Virus record (IMG/VR): IMGVR_UViG_3300045988_165212
Source of the DNA: a virus
Strand: one strand, 5' to 3'
Length of the DNA: 64,000 bases
The notes under the pieces are model-generated. The model worked only from the letters and a program-made list of their open reading frames with translations, did no database searches and was not told the origin of the DNA. This document shows, in pieces, positions 55,813 to 64,000 of the stretch. The translations under genes were made by a program, and so were the position numbers. Positions within the stretch are counted from its first letter, which is position 1; each line of letters begins with the position of its first letter.

Positions 55813-58800
55813 TTATTGCACTTCCAGATAATCGAACGAAACGTTCGGAAGACCGGAGAGGATTATCTGATAGGTACCGGCATTGATCTGAGAATCAGTA
55901 GTGGTACCGATGGTTTTGAACTTATTCGGCGTTTCAGGGAAGGTCATGTCTCTATCCAGCAGGACAATGCCCTTGCTGTCCACAATCTTCAACCTGCCTA
56001 CCTGTTGCTCACCGGTTGTGTTCTTATAGCGGAAACGCAACATGTATTCGCGGGCTACACCAGGATTGATGGTCCAGGTTGAGGACTTGCTCTTATAGCG
56101 CACAGCCGGGAATACTTCGTTGTCCTGAGGCAACAGCTCCTTCGGATATTTCTCTACCACATCCTTATCCAGGTCAGCCCAGTAAGTCTTGCTCATTCCG
56201 CTCTCAGGCTTGCTGCCCTTGAAGGCGACATTCCACTTTTCTGCATCTCCTATCTCTCCCTTGGCAGCAATGGCGATGGCAGAGATGATTGCCTCTCCCA
56301 CCTTTACTTCCGGGAAAGAAATGGTCAGCAGACCGCCCTTTACCTTGATATCTATCACCTTCTTGCAGGCTCCCGCAAAGCCAGCCTCAGCCCAAAGGTC
56401 GAGGTCATCTACTACCACGGAATCGTTGATGGCTACATCAAAGATGCGCTCGCCTTCACAATCGATGCCGGCACCCTCATGCTTGCCCAACCAAGGCTCA
56501 GCAAAATAGAGTTCTACGCGATATTCTCCATCCGGAACGGCAAACTGATAGTTCAGCGCATGACGGCCCCAACGGAAATACTGGAAGAGCTGTGCATCAT
56601 GAGCCGCAGCATGATGAGAGGCTGCAGATGATGATTTCAAGCCATGAATGCGGGAGGTGATATGTCCCTGACTCGCCGTAAACGGATTCATGCCGAAACG
56701 CTCTGCCCAGGAATGAGAATAGACGCTGTCGTCCTGCTCCCACTCGCTGCCATAACTGTCTGTAACGGCATCACCGCCACAGTTCACTCTATACAGATAG
56801 GTATAACCCTCGGCTGGTTTCAGAAGATTTCTGCTGCGGTCGGCAGCTGTAGGCATAAGCGTATCAGGCTGCACCTTAGTATAATGATTGCGATACCAGT
56901 AGAAGCCTTCGGTAGGCTGTTCCCAAGGCGTGAGAAGTCCCTTGTAATTGAACGGTCCCACCTTGTCGATACGGCGGTAAGCCTCATCCGGCTGTACTCT
57001 GCCCGGGTTTTCATGCGACACGAAAAGCCACTGGAAATGGCCGCAGACGCTGTCCCTGGCACTCTCTGCCAGCATCGCCTTCTTGCCGAGAAGAGATACA
57101 AAGGCATCTTCGGTATAGGCTTTTGACAGAGCCTTTGCATCACCGGCATGCAGTTTCTCTGCATCGGAACTGCGGAAACCGAGCGTGCGCCAGGCACCAT
57201 ATTCACCATTCAGCAACTGGTTAGGCTGCTTCAATTCCTGATCATATTTATCGGCTGTTCCGCCGTAGGTTCCGCTCCAGTTCTGAATCACATTCCAGTC
57301 GCTTCCCTCTCCTCCATTACAGGTCGTGATGGCGCGCATGGTCTGAGCGGTAGGGTCCATCTCCCGGATAATGGCAGCACACTCCTCGGTGAAATCCTTC
57401 GGCATCACACTCTCGTTCTGAATGCCCCAGAGAATGACGCTAGGCGAATTGCGGCGCTCCTTGATCCAACGGCGCAGCAGACGCTTGAAGTTCTTGCGGA
57501 AGGCGGATGTATCATACCAGACATGTGCCGAGAACTGACTCCAGAACAGCATGCCCTGCTCATCCAGCAACTGCTGATAATAGAGATTATGTGGCTGATG
57601 AGCCTCACGGAAGGCATTGAAACCTGCCTGACGCATCATCTTGACACGGGAGGCAATCTGCTCGTGAGAGAAGGCATGACTCTGACCGAAGAGGTGCTCG
57701 TAATCGCAGGTTCCGTTGATGAAAACCGGACTGCCATTGAGATAGAATCTGCCGTCTTTCTTATCCATCTGGGCTGAATCGCCACGGAGCGCAGCCTGCT
57801 TCTGTCGGAGTACCGGCCATGAGATGGTGCGGATGCCGAAAGGTGTAGCCACATCATCGATGGTCTTGCCCTCTCGTTTGATGATACTGGAAAGGGTATA
57901 GAGATAAGGATCCGTGATGCTCCACAGATGGGCATCGCTGACCTTTGCCTGATGACGGACCACCTGGGTCTCGCCTGCCTTCAGGGTAATCTTTCCGGTC
58001 TGGCGGAAAGCGGTCTTGCCACTGCTCAGCGCCAGTTTGCTGATTACCTCGATGGTCTGCTCATGGTCGGAATAGTTCTTCACTTCGGTTTCAACAAAGA
58101 CGCTGTCGCATGCCTCGTTGTTCCAGACGTGTACTCCGAAAGGCTCCACCCTCACCTCATCGGTTTCGATGAGCGATACCGGACGGAAGATGCCGAAAGG
58201 CTGACTGCCCTCCGAGAATCCCCATTCTGATGAACAGCCGCCGCAAGGCCAAGGATTATTGGTCTGCATGGCAGGATGTTCTACCTTGACATTCAATACA
58301 TTATCGCCCTCACGAAGTACATCCGAGATATCGAGCGTAAAGCTGGTTCTGCCTACCAGTTCCTTCGGATAACTCTTGCGGTTCACCTTGACCGTAGCAA
58401 AGGTTCCCACACCTTCCAACTGCAGGAAGTAGCGTTTTCCGGTCTGTTTATGAACGGAGAAATGCTTCTCGTAGGTGGCGGTACCATGCAGGTTGCCGTG
58501 CTTCAGCTGGCGGTAACCGTAATAATCGTCCAGATTACTAGGCACATTCACCCGGAAGGTTCCCATCTTCTTCGTGATGCTGTCTTCCGAAGTCTTGCCG
58601 AAGGTTACCTGCCAATCCTGATTCAGACTCACAATCTGTCGTTTTCCCTTCTTTTCGGGTGTCGGGAAAGAAACCTGCGAACGTCCCATCGGCACACTCG
58701 TAGCCACGGCGATGCCTCGCTGTCCGGCATGGTTCACGGCACAATAGAAATGGTATACCACGCCCTGATGCTTCAGCACATAACTCTTATGGGCGAACAT

Positions 58801-59802
58801 ATCATCATAAGGTTTGGAAGGATAAACCAGGTCGGCTCCATCCCAGTCCTGCCAGTTCACCAGGTCCCGGCTTACGGCAAATGTATTGTAGGCATTGTAT
58901 TTTCTCTCCGGATTATAGGCAGAGAAATAGAACATGACATAATAATGCGGGAACTTCACGATCTGTGCATCTCCCGTAATGATGCCCGGAGCCTCATGGA
59001 AGAACACCGGATTGCCAGTCTTTCGCTTGGCTGTGCGGAGAGGCAGACGGCGCCAGGAAGTCATATTGCTGGAGAGGGCGATACCGATACGCTCTGCCTT
59101 CAGCTGGTTGGCAGGGTTGATGCCACCGGCATTATAGAACATGACGAAAGGTTTGCCCAACGTCTTGTTCTTATCCCAGTAGACGGTGCTTTTATAATGG
59201 GTGAGTTTTTCCCACCACTGTGCACTTTTGTCGTTGATAGAGAGAACAGGCGAAGGGAATGTTTCCCAAGGATGTGCCTGGGTGATATCGCCTTTGGTAG
59301 AAGCCATACCCATATTGAGCGGCTTGCGGATGGCCTCATAGCCCGTACCTTCTCCACCGAAATAGCTCATCCAGTGGCGACCTTTGTATTTTGCCATCTC
59401 ATAAGATCCGTTCCAGGTCCAGTCTATCAGCGCCGGATATCCAGCACGCTGGTTCATGTCCCATCCCTTGTCGGCATAGCAGAGCAGTCTGCCCAGGGTT
59501 TTCCATTGCAGCAGGTCATCGCTGGTAGCGAGCCATGTTTCATACCCTCTGCCATCCGTTCCGTCCTTGCCGTTGTATACCACATAGGTCATATACCACT
59601 TGCCGCCCTCCCTGTACACCATCGGACAGTCTATCTGGTGGTAGTTGTCCTTAGGAGCTACTACCATACCGTATTTATAAGGTGTCTTCACCTCGTCGTA
59701 TATCTTCTGCATCACGTTTTTGCTGATTTTCTGTGCAAAAGCGGTGATGCCGCCAAAGATAAGAAGAGATAAGAGTACCAGTCTCTTTCTTTCGATTTTC
59801 AT
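55813..59802 (-). CDS. Multidomain glycosidase: signal peptide, N-terminal beta-propeller-type GH-like domain, GH2 module, malectin-like and C-terminal CBM-like domains
   Basis: 1329 aa. Signal peptide (LVLLSLLIFGGITAFA), GH2 motifs (NAFREAHQPH, WGIQNES), malectin-like YRVNCGGDAVTDSYGSEWEQDD. Confidence 0.85.
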   Translation of the reverse strand: MKIERKRLVLLSLLIFGGITAFAQKISKNVMQKIYDEVKTPYKYGMVVAPKDNYHQIDCPMVYREGGKWYMTYVVYNGKDGTDGRGYETWLATSDDLLQWKTLGRLLCYADKGWDMNQRAGYPALIDWTWNGSYEMAKYKGRHWMSYFGGEGTGYEAIRKPLNMGMASTKGDITQAHPWETFPSPVLSINDKSAQWWEKLTHYKSTVYWDKNKTLGKPFVMFYNAGGINPANQLKAERIGIALSSNMTSWRRLPLRTAKRKTGNPVFFHEAPGIITGDAQIVKFPHYYVMFYFSAYNPERKYNAYNTFAVSRDLVNWQDWDGADLVYPSKPYDDMFAHKSYVLKHQGVVYHFYCAVNHAGQRGIAVATSVPMGRSQVSFPTPEKKGKRQIVSLNQDWQVTFGKTSEDSITKKMGTFRVNVPSNLDDYYGYRQLKHGNLHGTATYEKHFSVHKQTGKRYFLQLEGVGTFATVKVNRKSYPKELVGRTSFTLDISDVLREGDNVLNVKVEHPAMQTNNPWPCGGCSSEWGFSEGSQPFGIFRPVSLIETDEVRVEPFGVHVWNNEACDSVFVETEVKNYSDHEQTIEVISKLALSSGKTAFRQTGKITLKAGETQVVRHQAKVSDAHLWSITDPYLYTLSSIIKREGKTIDDVATPFGIRTISWPVLRQKQAALRGDSAQMDKKDGRFYLNGSPVFINGTCDYEHLFGQSHAFSHEQIASRVKMMRQAGFNAFREAHQPHNLYYQQLLDEQGMLFWSQFSAHVWYDTSAFRKNFKRLLRRWIKERRNSPSVILWGIQNESVMPKDFTEECAAIIREMDPTAQTMRAITTCNGGEGSDWNVIQNWSGTYGGTADKYDQELKQPNQLLNGEYGAWRTLGFRSSDAEKLHAGDAKALSKAYTEDAFVSLLGKKAMLAESARDSVCGHFQWLFVSHENPGRVQPDEAYRRIDKVGPFNYKGLLTPWEQPTEGFYWYRNHYTKVQPDTLMPTAADRSRNLLKPAEGYTYLYRVNCGGDAVTDSYGSEWEQDDSVYSHSWAERFGMNPFTASQGHITSRIHGLKSSSAASHHAAAHDAQLFQYFRWGRHALNYQFAVPDGEYRVELYFAEPWLGKHEGAGIDCEGERIFDVAINDSVVVDDLDLWAEAGFAGACKKVIDIKVKGGLLTISFPEVKVGEAIISAIAIAAKGEIGDAEKWNVAFKGSKPESGMSKTYWADLDKDVVEKYPKELLPQDNEVFPAVRYKSKSSTWTINPGVAREYMLRFRYKNTTGEQQVGRLKIVDSKGIVLLDRDMTFPETPNKFKTIGTTTDSQINAGTYQIILSGLPNVSFDYLEVQ

Positions 59803-59804
59803 AT

Positions 59805-59904
59805 TTTTATTTTAGTACAAATTAATTTTAAATCTTACAAATACAAAGACGTTTGGAGATAGTTTTTGTAACTATTTGCATAAAGTTTATGTGTTTTAGA
59901 ATTA
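59805..59904 (+). repeat. 100-bp perfect direct repeat, copy 1 (immediately upstream of the GH2 start codon)
   Basis: ttttattttagtacaaattaattttaaatcttacaaatacaaagacg...gtgttttagaatta is identical at 61729..61828 (hand-aligned). Confidence 0.9.
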
Positions 59905-59981
59905 CAAAACATGAAATGATAAAGATTTAGAAGAAGTAACCCTAAATATAATGAAGTAATTACGAATATTACTTCATTATA

Positions 59982-61235
59982 TTATAGGTTAAGTTTAAAT
60001 CTCTCCTTAAACATAGCCATTTCTCTTGCAGGAATCTGAAGCTGAATCGCCAAATTTTCCCATAGATCAACGGCCGTTTGAACCTCCTGAATAATGTTTT
60101 CTGCCTCCTCCCTCTTAATCATATAACTCTCGCACGAATCAAGCAGAACATGGATATCAGCCTTGTTTGAAGATTCATTGATCAGAAGACTCTGATATTC
60201 ATTAAGAGTAGGGTTCATATCATAGGCAGGAGAGAGAGTCCATCCTTTTGGTGTCAGCAGAAAGCCATGGTTTCTGAAGTGGTCATCAGAATTACCAATA
60301 CAAATGTTGAAGGCAACCCTTCTGTAGAGTTCCTGAAGATTTTTCTCTACGTTGCAACAACCTTGGAGTATGAAATCAACTATATCAAGATAACCATAAC
60401 CACCTTGGGCATTATCACCATCCTTTAATCCTAGCAGAGACATGGATGACGCAAAATGTATTCTCTTGGCTTCATCTGTTCTGTCAAAGCGTCTGGACAG
60501 GAGTGTGTGATATTTTCCTAGTCCTCCCAATGTCCTGGTTTGAGCAGCCTGGATTCCTGCTTTTTGGGCAAGAAGATGAGAAAAATGCTCCCAAAGTCCT
60601 ATGTCATAGTCATCCTTTCGTGAAGGGAACTTAGCAATACATAGATTGCCTTTTTCATCCAACACACCAGCTTTAGGTCTTGCGCCACCCAATGAGGTAC
60701 CAGGTTGGATAAGCTGTGCTATCCATTTTTTCTCGGGCAACACATCATTCTCTTCGGATTTTTCCACTTCCTGACTGGCATGAATCAATTCTCTAATCTC
60801 TGTTAATGGGGGAATCTTGAAAGATGGTGACATATTGATATAATCACCTTCCAATTCCCTTTTAAATCTAAAGCCACCCATTCTGGAGAAGTCATCTATG
60901 CCCATGAGGTAATCGAATGAAGAAAGTGTTCTGACAGCTCTTTTTTCTTCAGCGGCCTGTATCTGTTCTCTTCTTTTAAGCAAGGTACGTCCCCATCTAT
61001 CTGGCAATGCATCAGAAAAACATCCGAAAATATCACTTCCTGGTTGGGTGTATTGCATGCCTGGATAGTTATTGATGTCCTCCGAAAGCTTAATTCCGCC
61101 ATAAATCTTAAGCCAGTTTTCATCAAACTTAAAGGCATAACTATCAGAGCCGCGCAATTTCTCATAACACAACTCCCCTATCAACTCCGCTTTGTCGAGC
61201 CAGTTAAAATCTGCGAAAACAAACAGTCGTTCCAT
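59982..61235 (-). CDS. hipA: HipA-family serine/threonine kinase toxin
   Basis: 417 aa. HipA N-terminal coupling region, GGARPKAGV, and the catalytic-loop motif NSDDHFRNHGFLL. Confidence 0.85.
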   Translation of the reverse strand: MERLFVFADFNWLDKAELIGELCYEKLRGSDSYAFKFDENWLKIYGGIKLSEDINNYPGMQYTQPGSDIFGCFSDALPDRWGRTLLKRREQIQAAEEKRAVRTLSSFDYLMGIDDFSRMGGFRFKRELEGDYINMSPSFKIPPLTEIRELIHASQEVEKSEENDVLPEKKWIAQLIQPGTSLGGARPKAGVLDEKGNLCIAKFPSRKDDYDIGLWEHFSHLLAQKAGIQAAQTRTLGGLGKYHTLLSRRFDRTDEAKRIHFASSMSLLGLKDGDNAQGGYGYLDIVDFILQGCCNVEKNLQELYRRVAFNICIGNSDDHFRNHGFLLTPKGWTLSPAYDMNPTLNEYQSLLINESSNKADIHVLLDSCESYMIKREEAENIIQEVQTAVDLWENLAIQLQIPAREMAMFKERFKLNL

Positions 61236-61237
61236 TT

Positions 61238-61558
61238 CTATCCTTTTTTAGTTGCTCTTTGTCGGTTCTTCAGTCCTATATCCTGCAATGCCCTTCCGAG
61301 TTTGTCATCCTTTGCCAAGAGCAAGATGTCATCATCCAACTGAAGTGCATAGAGTACACGCAGGTAGATTCCGATGGAAACCGTTGGCAATCCCTTCTCC
61401 ACCTTGCAAAGTGTAACTTCTGAGCAGGTTGCTCTTTCTGCAACTTGTGCCATGCTCAGGTTGCGGCGTAATCTGGCAAGCTTGATCTGCTCCCCCACGA
61501 TTTCCATTTTCTGTATCAACTTCCTTGGAAGTTTGTTAGCCATTGTATTCTTTGACAT
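61238..61558 (-). CDS. hipB: XRE-family HTH antitoxin (HipB-like)
   Basis: HTH (IKLARLRRNLSMAQVAERATCSEVTLCKVEKG). Its stop lies 3 nt from the hipA start. ATG at 61558 preferred over the track's TTG at 61585. Confidence 0.75.
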   Translation of the reverse strand: MSKNTMANKLPRKLIQKMEIVGEQIKLARLRRNLSMAQVAERATCSEVTLCKVEKGLPTVSIGIYLRVLYALQLDDDILLLAKDDKLGRALQDIGLKNRQRATKKG

Positions 61559-61728
61559 AATCTTAATCCAAATTATAATATGCAAATATAAACAATATAC
61601 TTCATTTTAAGATGGGTTAGTCCAAAGTTTTATAGATAATTAAGAATATATTTTCAAAGAAACAGGTCCACTTATCCTACTCAACTCTTAATACAAAGAA
61701 AACAGCACCAGTTTTTCTTTTGAATTCA

Positions 61729-61828
61729 TTTTATTTTAGTACAAATTAATTTTAAATCTTACAAATACAAAGACGTTTGGAGATAGTTTTTGTAACTATT
61801 TGCATAAAGTTTATGTGTTTTAGAATTA
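61729..61828 (+). repeat. 100-bp perfect direct repeat, copy 2
   Basis: Identical to 59805..59904. Confidence 0.9.
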
Positions 61829-61897
61829 TTAACCATGAAAAAACATACATTACAAAAGGAAAAGGCTATATTTGCAGCAACTTAAAAATTACAACAC

Positions 61898-62302
61898 ATG
61901 AAAAATAGAACATTATTTATAATAGGAATTGTACTGATGGCACTTTCTTCTTGTAACAACAAATGCAAGAATGTGCCTTGTCAAATTATTGTTTATGACC
62001 AAGCATCTACGACTAAAGCTTATCTCATAAGTTATAATGGAAAAGATTCTATTGAAACTATATGTGGAGGACTTTCTTTCGATATTATTAGAAGATTACA
62101 CTATAATCAAAAAATCAACACTGAGGATATTTCATTTAGAGAAATTTATCTTCACAAATCTCAAAAGATAACCAGAAAGCAGAACGATAGTTTACAAACT
62201 ATAATCTGCCAACTTTTATCAAATCCCACAACAGATACCATACCACTTTTAGTAAAGGATGCCACCTATATATATATATGGGGCTTAAAAATCAGTATAT
62301 AA
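61898..62302 (+). CDS. Lipoprotein, hypothetical (134 aa)
   Basis: Signal peptide with lipobox (IVLMALSSC). Confidence 0.6.
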   Translation: MKNRTLFIIGIVLMALSSCNNKCKNVPCQIIVYDQASTTKAYLISYNGKDSIETICGGLSFDIIRRLHYNQKINTEDISFREIYLHKSQKITRKQNDSLQTIICQLLSNPTTDTIPLLVKDATYIYIWGLKISI

Positions 62303-62539
62303 ACTTACCTAGAGGACATATAAAAGACAAAAATATAATAAATATTTCTGAAAAACTTATAGAGTATTCACCCCTATATATCAATACTTATAGTTGGTTT
62401 TGAATGGGGCCAGAAATAGAAGAGCAGATAATACAAGAATACAAGCAATATTTAAGAGAATTTTCTGTAATGGATTAAGGCGTAAACATACAACATAAGT
62501 TTAAGTTATATTATAAAATTCTTTTCAAAATAAATAAAT

Positions 62540-63148
62540 ATGAAACATTTGTTATTAATATTTATTGCATTACTCTTTTGTCAATGTACAAACAAAAAGA
62601 ACGATGCACTTTTAGAAATTAAAGAAATAGAATCGTCTTATATTGATGATTCTATCAAGGATATTATTAAGCAATACATGCAAGAGTATCCACAAGATAG
62701 CAGTATGGTCTTATTTTTTAATTTGCCAGTTGATTCTATTCGAAATCAAGAATACGGACTTGCAGACTACTTCACTTTAGGAGAATTTGATATCCCTAGG
62801 TTCGAAGCAGAGATTTCAAAATCTTATGCTTATATACCATCATGTTATTTTGTACTAAACGGCAGAAAGATTTTCATTGTTCCCAAAAGCAATGTTCTAC
62901 TAACACCCAAATTTACAAAGGATATATTTACAAGCAATCCATGGTTGAAAGATTATTTTGATTGCACAAGACATAAGGCATGGCTAATTCAACACAAGAT
63001 TAACCACGATAAAATCCATGAAACAAATAAAGAATACACTGTCATCAACAAACATGTCGAAACTCTATTAGGTATAACCATAATTGAAGAAACAGAAACT
63101 TTCCAGCAAATTCTCAAAAGAAACAAAAACGTACACAATGAAGAATAG
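62540..63148 (+). CDS. Lipoprotein family member 1 (202 aa)
   Basis: Lipobox (ALLFCQC). Paralogous to 63263..63787 (shared ..YP.DS..V.FFNL....Y.T.GEF.IP.FEA.. pattern). Confidence 0.65.
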   Translation: MKHLLLIFIALLFCQCTNKKNDALLEIKEIESSYIDDSIKDIIKQYMQEYPQDSSMVLFFNLPVDSIRNQEYGLADYFTLGEFDIPRFEAEISKSYAYIPSCYFVLNGRKIFIVPKSNVLLTPKFTKDIFTSNPWLKDYFDCTRHKAWLIQHKINHDKIHETNKEYTVINKHVETLLGITIIEETETFQQILKRNKNVHNEE

Positions 63149-63262
63149 AATTATAACCGAATTTTCGTAAGTGGTTCAAATACGGCTAGGAGCTTTTGCC
63201 CTTTTAGGGAATGTGGAGCTTACTTGCCAAAAATCTGTTAATCCATTTAAACATCATAAGAA

Positions 63263-63787
63263 ATGAAACATATCTTATTTATCACTTTCGTTTTATCCAT
63301 TTGTTTCTGTTCATGCAACAAAAACAAAAGTACTACTCGTCTTAAAGAATTAGAGCTTACAAACATCGACAAGTCCTTTTTAAATATTATAAAAGAATAT
63401 GAAACAGCTTATCCTAACGATAGCAATATTGTGGTTTTCTTTAATTTAGAGTCAGATCTTTCCACATACTATGGCAATGGTATATATTTCACCATTGGAG
63501 AATTTAGCATTCCACATTTTGAAGCTAACGATATGTTCAAAAACAAGTTCTTACCATCCTTTTACTTTCTTTTAAAAAACAAAAAAGTATATGTAGTATC
63601 CTCATCAAACACAATATTACATCCCAATTATCCAAGTAAGGTTCTTGCACAAGACAAATGGCTGAACCATTTTTTTGATAAAACCAAACATACCGGATGG
63701 TTAGTCAAATATGATTATAAAAACGGATATAAAATAATCAATAAACAGTGTGACGTTTCTACAGGTGCACAATATAAACCATTTTAA
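63263..63787 (+). CDS. Lipoprotein family member 2 (174 aa)
   Basis: Lipobox (LSICFCSC). Paralog of the previous gene. Confidence 0.65.
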   Translation: MKHILFITFVLSICFCSCNKNKSTTRLKELELTNIDKSFLNIIKEYETAYPNDSNIVVFFNLESDLSTYYGNGIYFTIGEFSIPHFEANDMFKNKFLPSFYFLLKNKKVYVVSSSNTILHPNYPSKVLAQDKWLNHFFDKTKHTGWLVKYDYKNGYKIINKQCDVSTGAQYKPF

Positions 63788-63798
63788 AGACAAAAGAT

Positions 63799-63990
63799 AT
63801 GAACTATAAGAAAATTATCGTAACCGTACTAATGATACATTTGCTTTGCCAATGTACATTGAATAATCGTCATTATGAAAGAGTGGCTACAGAATTAAAT
63901 TCTTCTGACATTGACCAATCTCTCATAAATATCATAAAATTATATACTAAAGTTTCGCAAGTGAAAATTCACAAGCGTGATTTAACGTAA
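63799..63990 (+). CDS. Lipoprotein family member 3, short (63 aa); possibly truncated or a pseudogene
   Basis: N-terminus aligns with the paralogs (..SSDIDQSLINIIKLY..) but stops early, at 63990. Confidence 0.4.
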   Translation: MNYKKIIVTVLMIHLLCQCTLNNRHYERVATELNSSDIDQSLINIIKLYTKVSQVKIHKRDLT

Positions 63991-64000
63991 TTTTGGAATA

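Larger units (their letters stand above)
42337..58124. repeat. Right arm of the perfect large inverted repeat (partner 1..15788)
   Basis: See the left arm. This arm continues into unique host DNA (rest of the GH2 gene) at 58125. Confidence 0.95.

Noticed and set aside
1-58124. Inverted arms as a Mu G-segment-like invertible switch or as the product of intramolecular replicative transposition
   Set aside because: No Gin/Hin-type invertase gene is present. The arms are 15.8 kb or longer and include host genes on one side only. Replicative transposition would duplicate the whole phage, not one host flank plus a third of the phage.

Overview
The window is a Bacteroidota-type chromosomal segment. 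Supporting signs are TAnnTTTG -7 promoter boxes, a protein with a T9SS-like C-terminal domain, many lipoproteins, and a multidomain GH2 glycosidase. It carries a Mu-like transposable siphophage that encodes a diversity-generating retroelement (DGR). By architecture it resembles the described Hankyphage group, but I cannot run the search that would confirm this.

The main structural fact is that the window is almost entirely a perfect palindrome. Positions 1..15788 are the exact reverse complement of 42337..58124, so x pairs with 58125-x. These arms flank a single-copy 26.5-kb core (15789..42336). Each arm holds host flank (GH2 gene, T9SS-CTD gene), the phage left end with four TAAGGGTTACA repeats, an S24 repressor, a DDE transposase, a MuB-like ATPase, early genes, two virion genes, a DUF4376-like gene, the DGR reverse transcriptase, a 150-nt spacer and a 167-nt template-repeat-like element.

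The core holds the late genes:
- A 2274-aa DGR-target tail fibre, Tal-like and Dit-like proteins, tape measure, and a frameshifted chaperone pair.
- The major tail protein, a lysis cassette, the capsid protein and a protease/scaffold.
- Divergently from those: TerS, TerL, a connector protein, the portal, and a Mu F protein with a long C-terminal extension.

The inner palindrome breakpoints fall exactly at the 5' edge of the TR/VR homology. The two TR/VR copies are identical. No phage right end is visible. The most likely explanations are a fold-back assembly or amplification chimera nucleated on an inverted TR/VR pair, or a genuine palindromic rearrangement at that pair.

To the right of the palindrome lie the rest of the GH2 gene, a hipBA-like toxin-antitoxin pair bracketed by a perfect 100-bp direct repeat, and tandem paralogous lipoprotein genes. 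I recognised no rRNA, tRNA or CRISPR array.
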